Below, piece after piece: positions 9,057 to 19,056 of a stretch of 64,000 bases of DNA. How positions within the stretch are numbered: the first letter of the stretch is position 1; each line of letters opens with the position of its first letter. The notes under the pieces were generated by a model that was given only the letters and a program-made list of their open reading frames with translations, did no database searches and was not told where the DNA came from. Where the stretch lies: positions 96,001 through 160,000 of the forward strand of contig CAVUDW010000002.1 in assembly GCA_963740355.1 (NCBI GenBank), given 5' to 3'. Position numbers and translations under genes: made by a program. The DNA comes from an uncultured Gemmatimonadaceae bacterium (GTDB taxonomy: Bacteria > Gemmatimonadota > Gemmatimonadetes > Gemmatimonadales > Gemmatimonadaceae).

Positions 9057-10352
9057 TCAGCGTCGGTGGCGCAGCTTCTCGTGCAGGGTGGACCGGGCGA
9101 TGCCAAGCAATTGGGCGGCGCGGACGCGGTTCCCTCCGGTTTCGGCCAGGGCCGCGTCAATCGCGCGCTGTTCGGCGGCGGCGAGGGAAAAGTCGGCATC
9201 CGGCGCACGGACCCCTGTGCCGAGGCCTGGGAGATTCAGCGCCGCACCAGAAATCGGGCGACCTTCGGCGAGGATGGCGGCGCGCCAGAGGGTGTTCTTC
9301 AACTCCCGGATGTTGCCTGGCCAGCCGTAGGCGGCCAAGGCGCGTTGCGCGTCGGCGGTGAGCGTGGCGCCACGCGGCAGGAAGTGGGCGATGAGCTCTG
9401 GGAGTGCGTCGAGCCGGTCGCGCAGCGGCGGCATGGTGATCGTGAGGACCTGGAGCCGGTAGAACAGGTCCGCGCGAAAGCGCTTCTCCGCCACCAGCGT
9501 CGGCATCGGCTGATTGGTGGCGCAGATGATTCGCGCGGCGCTACGCAATTCGGCCGTCCCACCCAGCCGTCGGAAACGTTGCTCCTCGATCACCTTGAGC
9601 AACTTCGGCTGCACGTCGAGTGAGAGCTCGCCGATTTCGTCGAGGAACATGCTGCCGTTCGCCGCCACTTCCACCAGACCGCGCTTGGATTGCCGCGCGT
9701 CGGTGAACGCGCCGCGTTCGTGACCGAACACTTCGCTCTCGAAAAAGGTCGACGAGAGCGAGGCGCAGTTGATCTCGACGAACGGGCGTGCGGCGCGTTG
9801 CGAGCGATCGTGAATTTTCCTCGCGATGAACCCCTTGCCCGTGCCCGTCTCGCCGAGGATGAGCACCGGGGCGTCATCGTTGCGGGCCGCGAGCTCGATC
9901 AGCTTGTCGAACGATGGCTGCAGCGGAGCGGCTGGCACGCCGGCGCCGTCACGTGCCCGCAGCATGCTGACTTCGCGGCGCAGCGTCGCCAACTCGATTC
10001 CCCGCACCACCGCATCGCGGAGGGTCTCGAGGTTGACCGGCTTCTCGAGCAGATCGAGTGCCCCGCCCTGCATGGCGCTGACTGCCGTGCGCACATCGGC
10101 GTGGCCGGTGAGCACGATGATGGCACCATCCGGATTCTGCGCACGCAGCGATTCGAGCAGGCTGAGACCCTCGACACCGGGCAACCGCAGGTCCATCACC
10201 ACCACGTCGGGCAGGTATTGCGTCACGATCGCATCGGCTTCCGCCGCCGTCGCGGCGGAGAGGACATCCATCCCGGTGAGCGTGAAGTATTCAGTCAGCG
10301 TCTCGCGCACCGTGTCATCGTCATCGACGATGAGAATCGTGGACGGGATCAC
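9057..10352 (-). CDS. Sigma-54-dependent response regulator (REC-AAA+-Fis HTH, NtrC family)
   Basis: GETGTGKG, GAFTDA, FLDEIG, FRADLFYRL, WPGNIREL, HTH; GTGA overlap with the kinase. Confidence 0.95.
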   Translation of the reverse strand: MIPSTILIVDDDDTVRETLTEYFTLTGMDVLSAATAAEADAIVTQYLPDVVVMDLRLPGVEGLSLLESLRAQNPDGAIIVLTGHADVRTAVSAMQGGALDLLEKPVNLETLRDAVVRGIELATLRREVSMLRARDGAGVPAAPLQPSFDKLIELAARNDDAPVLILGETGTGKGFIARKIHDRSQRAARPFVEINCASLSSTFFESEVFGHERGAFTDARQSKRGLVEVAANGSMFLDEIGELSLDVQPKLLKVIEEQRFRRLGGTAELRSAARIICATNQPMPTLVAEKRFRADLFYRLQVLTITMPPLRDRLDALPELIAHFLPRGATLTADAQRALAAYGWPGNIRELKNTLWRAAILAEGRPISGAALNLPGLGTGVRAPDADFSLAAAEQRAIDAALAETGGNRVRAAQLLGIARSTLHEKLRHRR

Positions 10353-11818
10353 TGCAGTGATCCTGCGGGCATCACGATGGTGACGGCCGTACCCGACTCC
10401 GGCTGGCTTTCGATGCTGATCGTGCCCTGGTGTTCCTCGATGATGCGCTGGCAGAGTGCGAGACCGATGCCGGTGCCGCCGCTCTTCAGCGAATAGAAGA
10501 TCTCGAACACGCGCGGCAGGGCCTCCGGCGGAATCGCGGCGCCGGTGTTGTGCAGGCGACAGCGCCACGCGCCGTGTGGCAGCAGGCTGCTGTGGAGCGT
10601 GATGGTCGAATCGCGTGGTGCGGCGTCGAGGGCATTGACCAGGACGTTGAGGCAGACCTGTGCGAACTGCGCGGGATCGAACGACATCGATACCGGCAGC
10701 GGGTTGCGCAGGCGCACGAAGGTGATGCCCTGTTCATCCATGCGGGCGCGGTTCGACTCGATCACTTCATCCCAGATATCGTCCGGGTCGCCCTTGAGGC
10801 GCTGCAGTGGCTGCGGCCGACCATAGACCAGCAGCGAGGAGAGCATGCTGTTGAGCCGTTCCACTTCACGCAGCATTCGCCCGACGTTGCGTTCGACCGC
10901 CGGATCATCGCGCCCGCGGAGTCGCAGCAGTTGCGCCGCCGACGAGATGCCGAAGAGCGGGTTTCGCAATTCGTGCGCGACCCCCGCGGCAACTTCGCCG
11001 ATCGCCTCGAGTCGGCGCTTCTGCTCGACTCGGCGCACGAGGAAGGCGCGATCGATGGCGGCGGCGGTCTGTGCGGCGATGGCACTGAGCACCCGCTGCG
11101 TTTCGGCGAGCTCGTAGGTCGCCTCGAGGGCACTGAGTCGCACGGTGATGGCGCCGAGCACTCCCTCCTCGCTGATGATCGGCGCCGTGACTTCGCGGCC
11201 GGCCGGTGCGGCGCGGTGCACGATGGCGGTGCCCGAGGCGAGTGCCTCGAGCCACTCCGATCGTAACCTGGCGGCGACGACTTCCGCCGACTCGCTGAAG
11301 CCGGCCGACTGCACCCCGGAGAGGACGAGGGTGTCATCATCGGCGACAGCGATGATGTAGGCGTCGCAGCGCACCGCCCGTTGCAGCTGGTTTCCGACTT
11401 CCCGATAGACGCGATCGAGGTCGATGGAGCTGGCGAGGGCGAGGCCGGTGGAAATGAGGGCTTCGCGGGCGCGATGCGATTCGGTGACGTCGGAGATGGT
11501 GGCGACGTAGCCGATGTGCACGGCGTCGGCCAGGCAGCGCGTGACCTGTACCAGCATCACCCGGGCATCGTCATCCTGCGTGTCGGCGAACTCCCAGCGG
11601 ACGAGTGGCGCGTCGGAGGTGCGGAGCGCGGCGAAGGCCCGGGCGCACTGTTCGGCGTCGGATGGTTCACCGAGCACCTCGTGCAGGGGCCGACCGATCG
11701 CTGACGACGCGCCATGGAGCGCGGCGGGCTGGTTCTGCTGCACCACCAGGCCCGCGAGGTCCGTGGCGAAGATCATCAGCGGTACTGCGTCGAGGATCTG
11801 TTGATCGCGAACGGACAT
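10349..11818 (-). CDS. PAS/GAF sensor histidine kinase (NtrB-like)
   Basis: H-box AHELRNPL, N-box NVLVNALDA, G2 GTGIGL. Confidence 0.92.
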   Translation of the reverse strand: MSVRDQQILDAVPLMIFATDLAGLVVQQNQPAALHGASSAIGRPLHEVLGEPSDAEQCARAFAALRTSDAPLVRWEFADTQDDDARVMLVQVTRCLADAVHIGYVATISDVTESHRAREALISTGLALASSIDLDRVYREVGNQLQRAVRCDAYIIAVADDDTLVLSGVQSAGFSESAEVVAARLRSEWLEALASGTAIVHRAAPAGREVTAPIISEEGVLGAITVRLSALEATYELAETQRVLSAIAAQTAAAIDRAFLVRRVEQKRRLEAIGEVAAGVAHELRNPLFGISSAAQLLRLRGRDDPAVERNVGRMLREVERLNSMLSSLLVYGRPQPLQRLKGDPDDIWDEVIESNRARMDEQGITFVRLRNPLPVSMSFDPAQFAQVCLNVLVNALDAAPRDSTITLHSSLLPHGAWRCRLHNTGAAIPPEALPRVFEIFYSLKSGGTGIGLALCQRIIEEHQGTISIESQPESGTAVTIVMPAGSLQ

Positions 11819-11951
11819 GGCCGAAAGATAGACCGGCGGAACGGAGCAAGCTCCATTCCGCCGGTTGGTCATCTCGAAGACTGCGATGTGCGACGAGCAT
11901 TGGTCGGCGCTGGCGGTCAGGATTCGACCAGCGCCGAGGTTTTCGTGACGC

Positions 11952-12959
11952 TCAGCGACCCTTCTTCTTCGCCGGCTTCTTTGCGGGAGCCTTCTTCACC
12001 GGGGCCTTCTTTGCCGGTGCCGTTTTTTTCGCGGGCGCCGCCTTCTTCGCCGGTGCCGCCTTCTTGGCGGGGGCCGACTTCTTGGCGGCAGCCTTCTTCA
12101 CTGGTGCGACCTTCTTCGCTGGTGCTGCCTTCTTGACCGGTGCCTTGGCCTTTGCGCCCGACTTTGCTGCCGGAGCGGACTTGTGTGCCGCAGGCGCCTT
12201 GTTGGCTGGCGCCGCTGCCTTCTTGACCGGTGCGGCCTTCGCTGGTGCTGCAGCCTTCTTCGCCGGGGCGGCCGGAGCCGCCTTCTTTGCCGCCGGCTTC
12301 ACCGGCTCGGGTTTGGCTGCGGGAGGTGCCTTCGGTGACGCCTTGGCTGCGGCCTTAGCGGCGGGTGCCGGCTTCACTGCCGGCGCTGCCGGTGCCTTTG
12401 CCGCTGGAGCCTTCGCGGCAGGCGCCTTCTCGACCGGCGGTGCCTTGGGCGCAGCTGCGGCCTTGGCTGCTGGAGGAGCGGGTGGTGCGGCTGGTGGTGC
12501 CTTGGGCGCCTTTGGTGCGGGCGGAGCCTTCGGCAGCTTGGGCGGCTTGAGGGCGGACGACGCGCGGACCGGCGCGATCGGCTCGACAGCCGGCAGCGTC
12601 TTGACCTTCGGCGTGAGCGGCTCGTCGCCGAGATCGTCGTCCAGACCGACTTCGTCATCGAGCCCCAGATCGTCTTCTTCGGCCGGCTCGAGGTCGTCGG
12701 TGCCGAGCTCGGCATCGACTTCTTCCTCGATCACCTCACCCGTGTCCTCCTCCTCGTCCTCGTCCTTGGCTGCGTCATCAGGGTCGTCGAAGAGCGACTC
12801 CCGCTTCCGCTTGACGGTCGGGGTGAAGCCTTCTTCGTCCTCGTCCTCCTCCTCCTCCTCTTCCTCGTACATCGGATCGGAGTCGTAGTAGTCGTCTTCA
12901 TCATCATCACGGCCACGGAGCCGGAATTCAACATCATCGTATTCGCCGAAACGCGGCAT
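11952..12959 (-). CDS. Disordered protein: D/E-rich N-half, histone-H1-like K/A/P-rich C-half
   Basis: ATG with GGAGG RBS; EEEEEEEDEDEE tracts then PAKKAA repeats. Confidence 0.8.
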   Translation of the reverse strand: MPRFGEYDDVEFRLRGRDDDEDDYYDSDPMYEEEEEEEDEDEEGFTPTVKRKRESLFDDPDDAAKDEDEEEDTGEVIEEEVDAELGTDDLEPAEEDDLGLDDEVGLDDDLGDEPLTPKVKTLPAVEPIAPVRASSALKPPKLPKAPPAPKAPKAPPAAPPAPPAAKAAAAPKAPPVEKAPAAKAPAAKAPAAPAVKPAPAAKAAAKASPKAPPAAKPEPVKPAAKKAAPAAPAKKAAAPAKAAPVKKAAAPANKAPAAHKSAPAAKSGAKAKAPVKKAAPAKKVAPVKKAAAKKSAPAKKAAPAKKAAPAKKTAPAKKAPVKKAPAKKPAKKKGR

Positions 12960-13046
12960 GCCTGCCTCCAACGCAGTTTTCCAACGCAGAAATGGTCCAG
13001 CAGGATTTGAGTACCACGGCACAAGTGCGTGCAACGGTGACGTAGC

Positions 13047-13089
13047 CGGAATAACAGCGCCGCCACTGAACGTCAAGCAGTGGCGGCGC
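13047..13089 (-). promoter_or_regulatory. Sigma-70-like promoter overlapped by a 12-bp inverted repeat (could also terminate the RND operon)
   Basis: TTGACG-17-TATTCC on the minus strand; GCGCCGCCACTG-N9-CAGTGGCGGCGC at 13057-13089. Confidence 0.5.
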
Positions 13090-13122
13090 AAATTGGTGCA
13101 GAGTGCAGCGAAATCCGGCCGG

Positions 13123-16100
13123 TCAGTCGCCTGCCACCGGGGTCGGAAGGATCGCCGGGGCGTGCCCCGGCTTTGCTGATCCGAAGCGCTCCCGCACCAT
13201 GCGGACGGCGTCATCCAGCAGCGAATACACCACAGGCACGACGAAGAGCGTGAGGAGCGTGCTGGTGACGAGGCCACCGATAACGGCCCGGCCCATCGGC
13301 GCCCGCTGCTCCGCGCCGGCGCCCAGCGCAAAGGCCAGCGGCACCATGCCGGCGATCATCGCGACGGTGGTCATGATGATCGGACGGAGGCGGATTCGGG
13401 CCGACGCGAGGAGCGCCGTCCGCATGTCGTCACCCTGCTCGCGGCGGTGATTGGCGAAATCCACCAGCAGAATGCCGTTCTTCGTGACCAGGCCGAGGAG
13501 CATGATGATGCCGATCATGGTCATCACGTTCAGGCTCCCCTTGGTGACGAGGAGCGCCACCGCCACACCGATGAAGCTGAGCGGCAGCGAGAGCATGATC
13601 GCCAGCGGCTGGAAGAAGGAGCCGAAGAGCGACGCGAGGATCAGGTAGATGAAGACGACGGCCAGGATCAGCGCCTCGCCCACATAACCCTTGGTCTCGT
13701 TGAGGTTCTGGACGTCGCCGCCAAACACCGTGCGATAGCCGGCCGGGAGGCCCATCGAGTCGATCGCGCTCTGCACCTTGGCCGCCACATCGCCCACGCC
13801 GTAGCCCGGAAGGGTGCCGGCGCTGATCGAGACCTGCCGTTCCAGTGCCGAGCGTTCGATGGCCTGCGGTCCGATACCAGCGCGGATTGTCGCCACCTGC
13901 CCGAGGGGAATGGTGGTCGCGAGTCCGGTGCGCCCATCCACCCCGGAGCCGGGGATCGGCAACTCGGCCACGTCGTCCGAGGAGCGACGGAGCGAGTCGG
14001 GGTAGATCACGACCACGTCGTGCGAGTAGCCCTGCGGGTCTTCCCAGCGAGTCGCTCGCTGGCCAGTGAAGAGCGGCTGGAGCGTGGTGGCGATGGTGCC
14101 GATGCCAAGTCCAGCCGCCCAGGCCTGTTCGCGATCCACCTGCACGTCGAGCTGCGGAATCTCGCCGTCGTCGCTGGAGGTGGGTTCGGCGAGGCCCTTC
14201 ACCGTTGCCATGGTCTTCAGCACCTCTGCGGCGGCGAGCTTGAGACGTGTCGGCTCGGGTCCCTGCACCTTGACGTCGATCGGCTGGCGGTAGCCGCCGA
14301 AGATCGTCGGGGTGCCAGTGATGTTCGCCCGGACGCCAGGGATCTTCATCAGCATCGGGCGCAGGGCGGTCTGCAGTTCGGCCTGCGACAGCTTGCGCTG
14401 ATCCTTCGGCTTGAGCTTCACCGAGACCGAGCCACCGCTTGGCGAGCCGCGGAAGCCGCCACCGATGTTGAGGTAGGTAGACATCACTTCGGGCCGCTTT
14501 TCGAGCAGGAGGGCGATCTCCTGGCCCTTGCCGATGGTGTAGTCGATGGCTGAGCCCGGCGCGACGCGGTAGTTGACGTTGAACTCACTGCCGTCCACGT
14601 CGGGCATCCAGGTGAAGCCGAGCTTCGGGATCAACAGCACCGAGCCCACCACGGTCGTGAGCGCGAGTCCAAGCACGGCGAGGCGGTGATTGAGCGTCCA
14701 GGCGAGGCCCTTCGGATACCGATCAGCGACGCGCTCGAACCAGTCGTTGAAGGCAAAGGCGACGCGACGAATCGGATTGCGCGAGGCGCGCAACGTGGCC
14801 TGGTTGGCGTGATCGACTTCGGGGTCGGGCCAGATGCTGGAAAGCATCGGGTCGAGGGTGAAGCTGACGAGCAGCGACACCAGCACGGCGAAGGCCACCG
14901 TGACACCGAACTGGAAGAAGATCTTGCCGATCATGCCGCCCATGAAGGCGACCGGGAAGAAGACGGCCACCACGGCCATCGTCGTCGCGAACACGGCGAG
15001 GCCGATTTCGCTGGTGCCCTCGGAGGCTGCGTGTTCGTGGTCTTTCCCCATCTCGAGATGGCGCACGATGTTCTCGCGCACCACGATGGCGTCGTCGATG
15101 AGGAGGCCGATGGCGAGCGACAGCGCCAGCAGCGTCATGGTGTTGAGCGTGAAGTTGAACGCCCACATGACGAAGAACGACGAGATCAGCGAGATCGGCA
15201 GGGCGAGGCCCGTGATGATCGTCGAGCGCCAGGAGTTGAGGAAGAAGTAGATGATGACGATGCAGAGAATCGCACCGAGGATCAGCTCGTGCTGCACGCT
15301 GTCGAGTGAGTCGCGGATGCGCTGCGAGTCGTCACGGATGACACTCAGCTTGACGTCGGCCGGCAGGGTCTTTTCCAGCTCGGTCATCGTTTCGCGCACG
15401 CGATCGGCGACTTCGACGGTGTTGCTGCCGGCGATCTTCTGCACTTCGATGGCGACGGCCGGCGTCCGGCCGAGGAAGGCTGCGCTCCGCTGCTCAGCGC
15501 TGCCGTCGACCACCTTGGCCACGTCACTGATGCGCACCGGGGCACCGTTGCGCACGGCGAGTGTGATGTCGGCGAAACGCGCCGGGTCGACCACACGGCC
15601 GGTGACACGAATCAGCTGCTCGCGGCCGTTGCGGCGCACGCGACCGGCGGGGACTTCGCGATTCTCGCGCTCGAGTGCGGCAATGACCACGGGCGGCGCG
15701 ATGTTGTACGCGCGCATGGCGTCGGCATCGAGCTGGATCTGGATCTGCCGTGTGGCGGCACCGGTGATGCTGGCACCACCCACGCCAGGGATCGATTCAA
15801 AGCGGGTCTTGATGACTTCCGTAGCGATGTCACTCAGCTCGCGGAGCGGCCGTTCAGCGCTGGTCAACGCGACGCTGATGATCGGCCGATCGTTGGGGTC
15901 GAAGCGGAGCACGATCGGATCTTCGATGGTCGGCGGCAGCTGGCGGCGGATACGCGCGACCTTGGCGCTCACTTCCTGCTGCGCCGCGATCACATCGACA
16001 TCGAGGTTGAACTGCAGTCGCACCAGCGAGCTGCCTTCGAGGGAGGTGGAGGTGACCTCCTTGATGCCCTGCACCGTGTTGAGCGCTTCCTCGATCGGCT

Positions 16101-16293
16101 TCGACACTTCGCGCATGACCACTTCCGGCGACGCGCCCGGATAGGCGGTTTGCGCGACGACGGTCGGGTAGGTGATGTCCGGATACTCGTCGATGGCGAG
16201 TCGTCCGTACCCGATCACACCGAGGACGACCAACGCCACCATGATCATGGTGGCGAAGACCGGTCGCTTGATGGAGACATCTGAAATGATCAT
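13123..16293 (-). CDS. RND efflux permease (AcrB/AcrD/AcrF family)
   Basis: 1056 aa; GLLIDDAIVVRENI, GLVTKNGILLVDF, RLRPIIMT. Confidence 0.96.
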   Translation of the reverse strand: MIISDVSIKRPVFATMIMVALVVLGVIGYGRLAIDEYPDITYPTVVAQTAYPGASPEVVMREVSKPIEEALNTVQGIKEVTSTSLEGSSLVRLQFNLDVDVIAAQQEVSAKVARIRRQLPPTIEDPIVLRFDPNDRPIISVALTSAERPLRELSDIATEVIKTRFESIPGVGGASITGAATRQIQIQLDADAMRAYNIAPPVVIAALERENREVPAGRVRRNGREQLIRVTGRVVDPARFADITLAVRNGAPVRISDVAKVVDGSAEQRSAAFLGRTPAVAIEVQKIAGSNTVEVADRVRETMTELEKTLPADVKLSVIRDDSQRIRDSLDSVQHELILGAILCIVIIYFFLNSWRSTIITGLALPISLISSFFVMWAFNFTLNTMTLLALSLAIGLLIDDAIVVRENIVRHLEMGKDHEHAASEGTSEIGLAVFATTMAVVAVFFPVAFMGGMIGKIFFQFGVTVAFAVLVSLLVSFTLDPMLSSIWPDPEVDHANQATLRASRNPIRRVAFAFNDWFERVADRYPKGLAWTLNHRLAVLGLALTTVVGSVLLIPKLGFTWMPDVDGSEFNVNYRVAPGSAIDYTIGKGQEIALLLEKRPEVMSTYLNIGGGFRGSPSGGSVSVKLKPKDQRKLSQAELQTALRPMLMKIPGVRANITGTPTIFGGYRQPIDVKVQGPEPTRLKLAAAEVLKTMATVKGLAEPTSSDDGEIPQLDVQVDREQAWAAGLGIGTIATTLQPLFTGQRATRWEDPQGYSHDVVVIYPDSLRRSSDDVAELPIPGSGVDGRTGLATTIPLGQVATIRAGIGPQAIERSALERQVSISAGTLPGYGVGDVAAKVQSAIDSMGLPAGYRTVFGGDVQNLNETKGYVGEALILAVVFIYLILASLFGSFFQPLAIMLSLPLSFIGVAVALLVTKGSLNVMTMIGIIMLLGLVTKNGILLVDFANHRREQGDDMRTALLASARIRLRPIIMTTVAMIAGMVPLAFALGAGAEQRAPMGRAVIGGLVTSTLLTLFVVPVVYSLLDDAVRMVRERFGSAKPGHAPAILPTPVAGD

Positions 16294-17507
16294 GACTTCC
16301 CGCCTGCGATGGTGACCTTGGCGCCGTTCCCAAGCGCGCCGACGTTGCCGATGATGACCCGATCGCCGGGCGCCAACCCTTCCTTCACTTCGGCAACACC
16401 GGCGGCGTCGTCAACCACGCCGAGGATGATGTTGCGCTTTTCGAGGGTGCCGCCGGTGATCCGCCAGACGAACGGCGGAGCATCGGTGCCTTGTGCCTGA
16501 CGGATGCCGCTGGTGGGCAGGAGCAGGGCGCTGGTGCGCCGTTCGCCGATCACGCGACCGCTGACGAAGGTGTTGCCCTTGATGGCGCCCTTCGCGTTCG
16601 GCACACGCACGTACACGGTGACGCTGCGAGACACCGGGTCGACCGTCGGACTGACGCGGGCGACCTTCGACTCGATGGTGCGGTCGTCGAGGCTGAGGCG
16701 CACGGACTGCCCCGGCATGACGAGGTTGGCCATGCGAGCCGGGACGTTGGCCGCCAGCTCGAGGGTTTCGTTGCGGACGAGCGTAAAGAGCGGGGTGCTG
16801 ATCGAGACGCGTTCGCCGGGCTGCACGCTGCGGATGTCGATGATGCCGCTGGAGGGGGCCAACACGCGCGTGTCGCCCGCGACGGCGCTGGCGGTGCGGA
16901 GGCGCGCTTCGGATGCGGCCACGGCTGCCTGCGCGGCGACCACGGCCTGCTGCGACGCACGGTTCTCCTGCTCCGCGATTGCGCCGGCCTTGAAGAGCGC
17001 AGCCGACTGCTCGGCGGCCCAGGTGGCGGTCTGCAACTGCGACCGGGCCGCTTCACGATCGGCCTCTGCACCGCGACGTGAGCTTTCCTGCTGGCTCGAT
17101 TCGAAGCGTGCGAGCACCTGGCCGGCGCCGACCCGCTCGCCTTCCTGTACGTAGACCGCGTCGATGTCGCCGTTCAGCCGACTGCGGATCTCGATCGTCT
17201 CGATCGGGCGCAGGTTGCCGGAGACCGCGACGGAATTTTCGATCACGCCATTCTTGAGGGTGGCGACGTCGGTGGCGGCGAGCACGACACCACCGCGACC
17301 GCCGGCGGCTCCTGCACCGCCGGGTCCACCGGGACGTGCGCCACCCGCGGCACCAGCGCCAGCGGTCGGTGCACCGCCGCCGGCGGGCTTGGCTTCGGCG
17401 GCGTCACCGGTCTTCGAGCACGCGGTCGCAAGCAGCAGCGCAGCGCAGGTCAGGGTCCGCGCGTGCGGTAGTAGTTCAGCGATCCGTCGTGACACGATCT
17501 GCTCCAC
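16290..17507 (-). CDS. RND periplasmic adaptor (MFP) lipoprotein
   Basis: Lipobox LATAC; lipoyl-like VQEGERV, APSSGII; overlaps the permease start; exact start uncertain. Confidence 0.9.
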   Translation of the reverse strand: MEQIVSRRIAELLPHARTLTCAALLLATACSKTGDAAEAKPAGGGAPTAGAGAAGGARPGGPGGAGAAGGRGGVVLAATDVATLKNGVIENSVAVSGNLRPIETIEIRSRLNGDIDAVYVQEGERVGAGQVLARFESSQQESSRRGAEADREAARSQLQTATWAAEQSAALFKAGAIAEQENRASQQAVVAAQAAVAASEARLRTASAVAGDTRVLAPSSGIIDIRSVQPGERVSISTPLFTLVRNETLELAANVPARMANLVMPGQSVRLSLDDRTIESKVARVSPTVDPVSRSVTVYVRVPNAKGAIKGNTFVSGRVIGERRTSALLLPTSGIRQAQGTDAPPFVWRITGGTLEKRNIILGVVDDAAGVAEVKEGLAPGDRVIIGNVGALGNGAKVTIAGGKS

Positions 17508-18984
17508 GGTCAGTGATGCGCATCACGCCGCCATCAGGCAACGGAATCGGGCGACCAGTCGCCCGCGCCAGGTCGGCGGCGGCAAGAAATACGTCATAGA
17601 TGGCGCGCGCAGCGTTGACTTGCGCACGCACGAGGTTGAGCTGCGCATCCGACACATCGAGCGTCGTGCCGACGCCGCGTGTGTTGCGCAACACTGAGAG
17701 ATCATACGCTTCGGTCGCCTCGGCCACCGTTTCGCGGCGGGCATCGAAGAGCGTGCGAGCGCGGCCGAATTCAGCGCGTGCCGCTGCCGCCTCGAGGGCA
17801 ACCTGTTCCTGCACCAACGCCAGCTGGATGTTCGACTGATCCACGAGCGCATGTGCGTTCTCGAGGTTCGACTTGGTGCGCAAGCCGTCGAAGATCGGCC
17901 ACGACACCTGGAAGCCGAAGTTGCGATCGGTGAACCAGCCGTTGTTCTGGCAGACGCGCCCAGTGACCGGTGGGTTGCAATTCCCGGCGCTGGTGGAGCC
18001 CCCCTTGGTGGGCAGTCCGTTGCTGGACGGGAGCGCGAGATAGCCCGACGTCAGCGTAGCGGTAACCGACGGAAAGAGATCCGCGCGTGCCACCTTCACA
18101 CCGGCTTCGCGCGCCGTGCGCGTCAACTCTGCTGCGCGCACGGCATTGCGAACAGCGCCCACATTGGGCGAGGTGTCGACGGTGGCGAGCAAGCGCTGGA
18201 CCGCCAAGGTGTCGAGTTCGGAGGTGAGCACCAGCGGGCGCTCCGACGGGACGTTGACGAGGCGACGCAGGTTGAGCACGGCGATCGCATAGTCGTTGCG
18301 CGCCTGCACCAGATCGGGTTCGAGATTGGCGCGCTCGACTTTCAGTCGCAGCACGTCGTACCGCGAGGCACGTCCGGCATCCTGCAGCTGCTGGGCCTGT
18401 GCGACACGCTGGTCGGCCAGCGTCAGGTTGCTCTGCTGAATTTCGATCAGGCGGCGCGTGAAGAGTGCGTTCAGGTAGGCACGTTCCACATCGACCACCA
18501 CCTGCCCGCGCACTTCGGCCGTGCTGGCGCGTGCGGCGCCGCGGACGGCGTTGGCCGCCTTCGCGCCGGCGAAGACGCGTCCGCCAAGAAACAGCGGCTG
18601 CGAGAGCTGTGCGTTGGCGGTGTATGTGTAGGCCTGACCGAACACGGCGCCGACGATCGTGGCGCGTGCATTCTCCACCACCTGGCTATAGCCGCTGTTG
18701 AGACGCAGTTGCGGCAATCCAGTGGAGCGGGCAATGCCAATCTGTGCTTCGGCGACATCGACCGAAGCGTTGGCGGAGCGAACTTCCTCGCCATCGCGCA
18801 GCGCGCGCAGCACCGCGGCGTCGAAGGAGAGGGTGAGGGTATCAGTGGCAAGCCGTTCGTTCCGTGAGATCGGCGCGCGCGAGGACTGCGCGCCGGCGGC
18901 TGACGAGGCGATGGCAAGGGTGATAGCGACGACAAAACGCCCGCGACGACGATTCGCCGGGCGGTGGCGGTTAGGGGCTGACAT
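17476..18984 (-). CDS. TolC-family outer membrane efflux protein
   Basis: Signal peptide; two OEP repeats (GLPQL..., LFPSV...WPIFDG). Confidence 0.92.
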   Translation of the reverse strand: MSAPNRHRPANRRRGRFVVAITLAIASSAAGAQSSRAPISRNERLATDTLTLSFDAAVLRALRDGEEVRSANASVDVAEAQIGIARSTGLPQLRLNSGYSQVVENARATIVGAVFGQAYTYTANAQLSQPLFLGGRVFAGAKAANAVRGAARASTAEVRGQVVVDVERAYLNALFTRRLIEIQQSNLTLADQRVAQAQQLQDAGRASRYDVLRLKVERANLEPDLVQARNDYAIAVLNLRRLVNVPSERPLVLTSELDTLAVQRLLATVDTSPNVGAVRNAVRAAELTRTAREAGVKVARADLFPSVTATLTSGYLALPSSNGLPTKGGSTSAGNCNPPVTGRVCQNNGWFTDRNFGFQVSWPIFDGLRTKSNLENAHALVDQSNIQLALVQEQVALEAAAARAEFGRARTLFDARRETVAEATEAYDLSVLRNTRGVGTTLDVSDAQLNLVRAQVNAARAIYDVFLAAADLARATGRPIPLPDGGVMRITDRGADRVTTDR

Positions 18985-19056
18985 AGTCAGAGATGTACGC
19001 CGAAAGGGGCCGAAACGTTTGCCCCAAACGGATGTCGTGCTATTCTGAGGGCTGCC

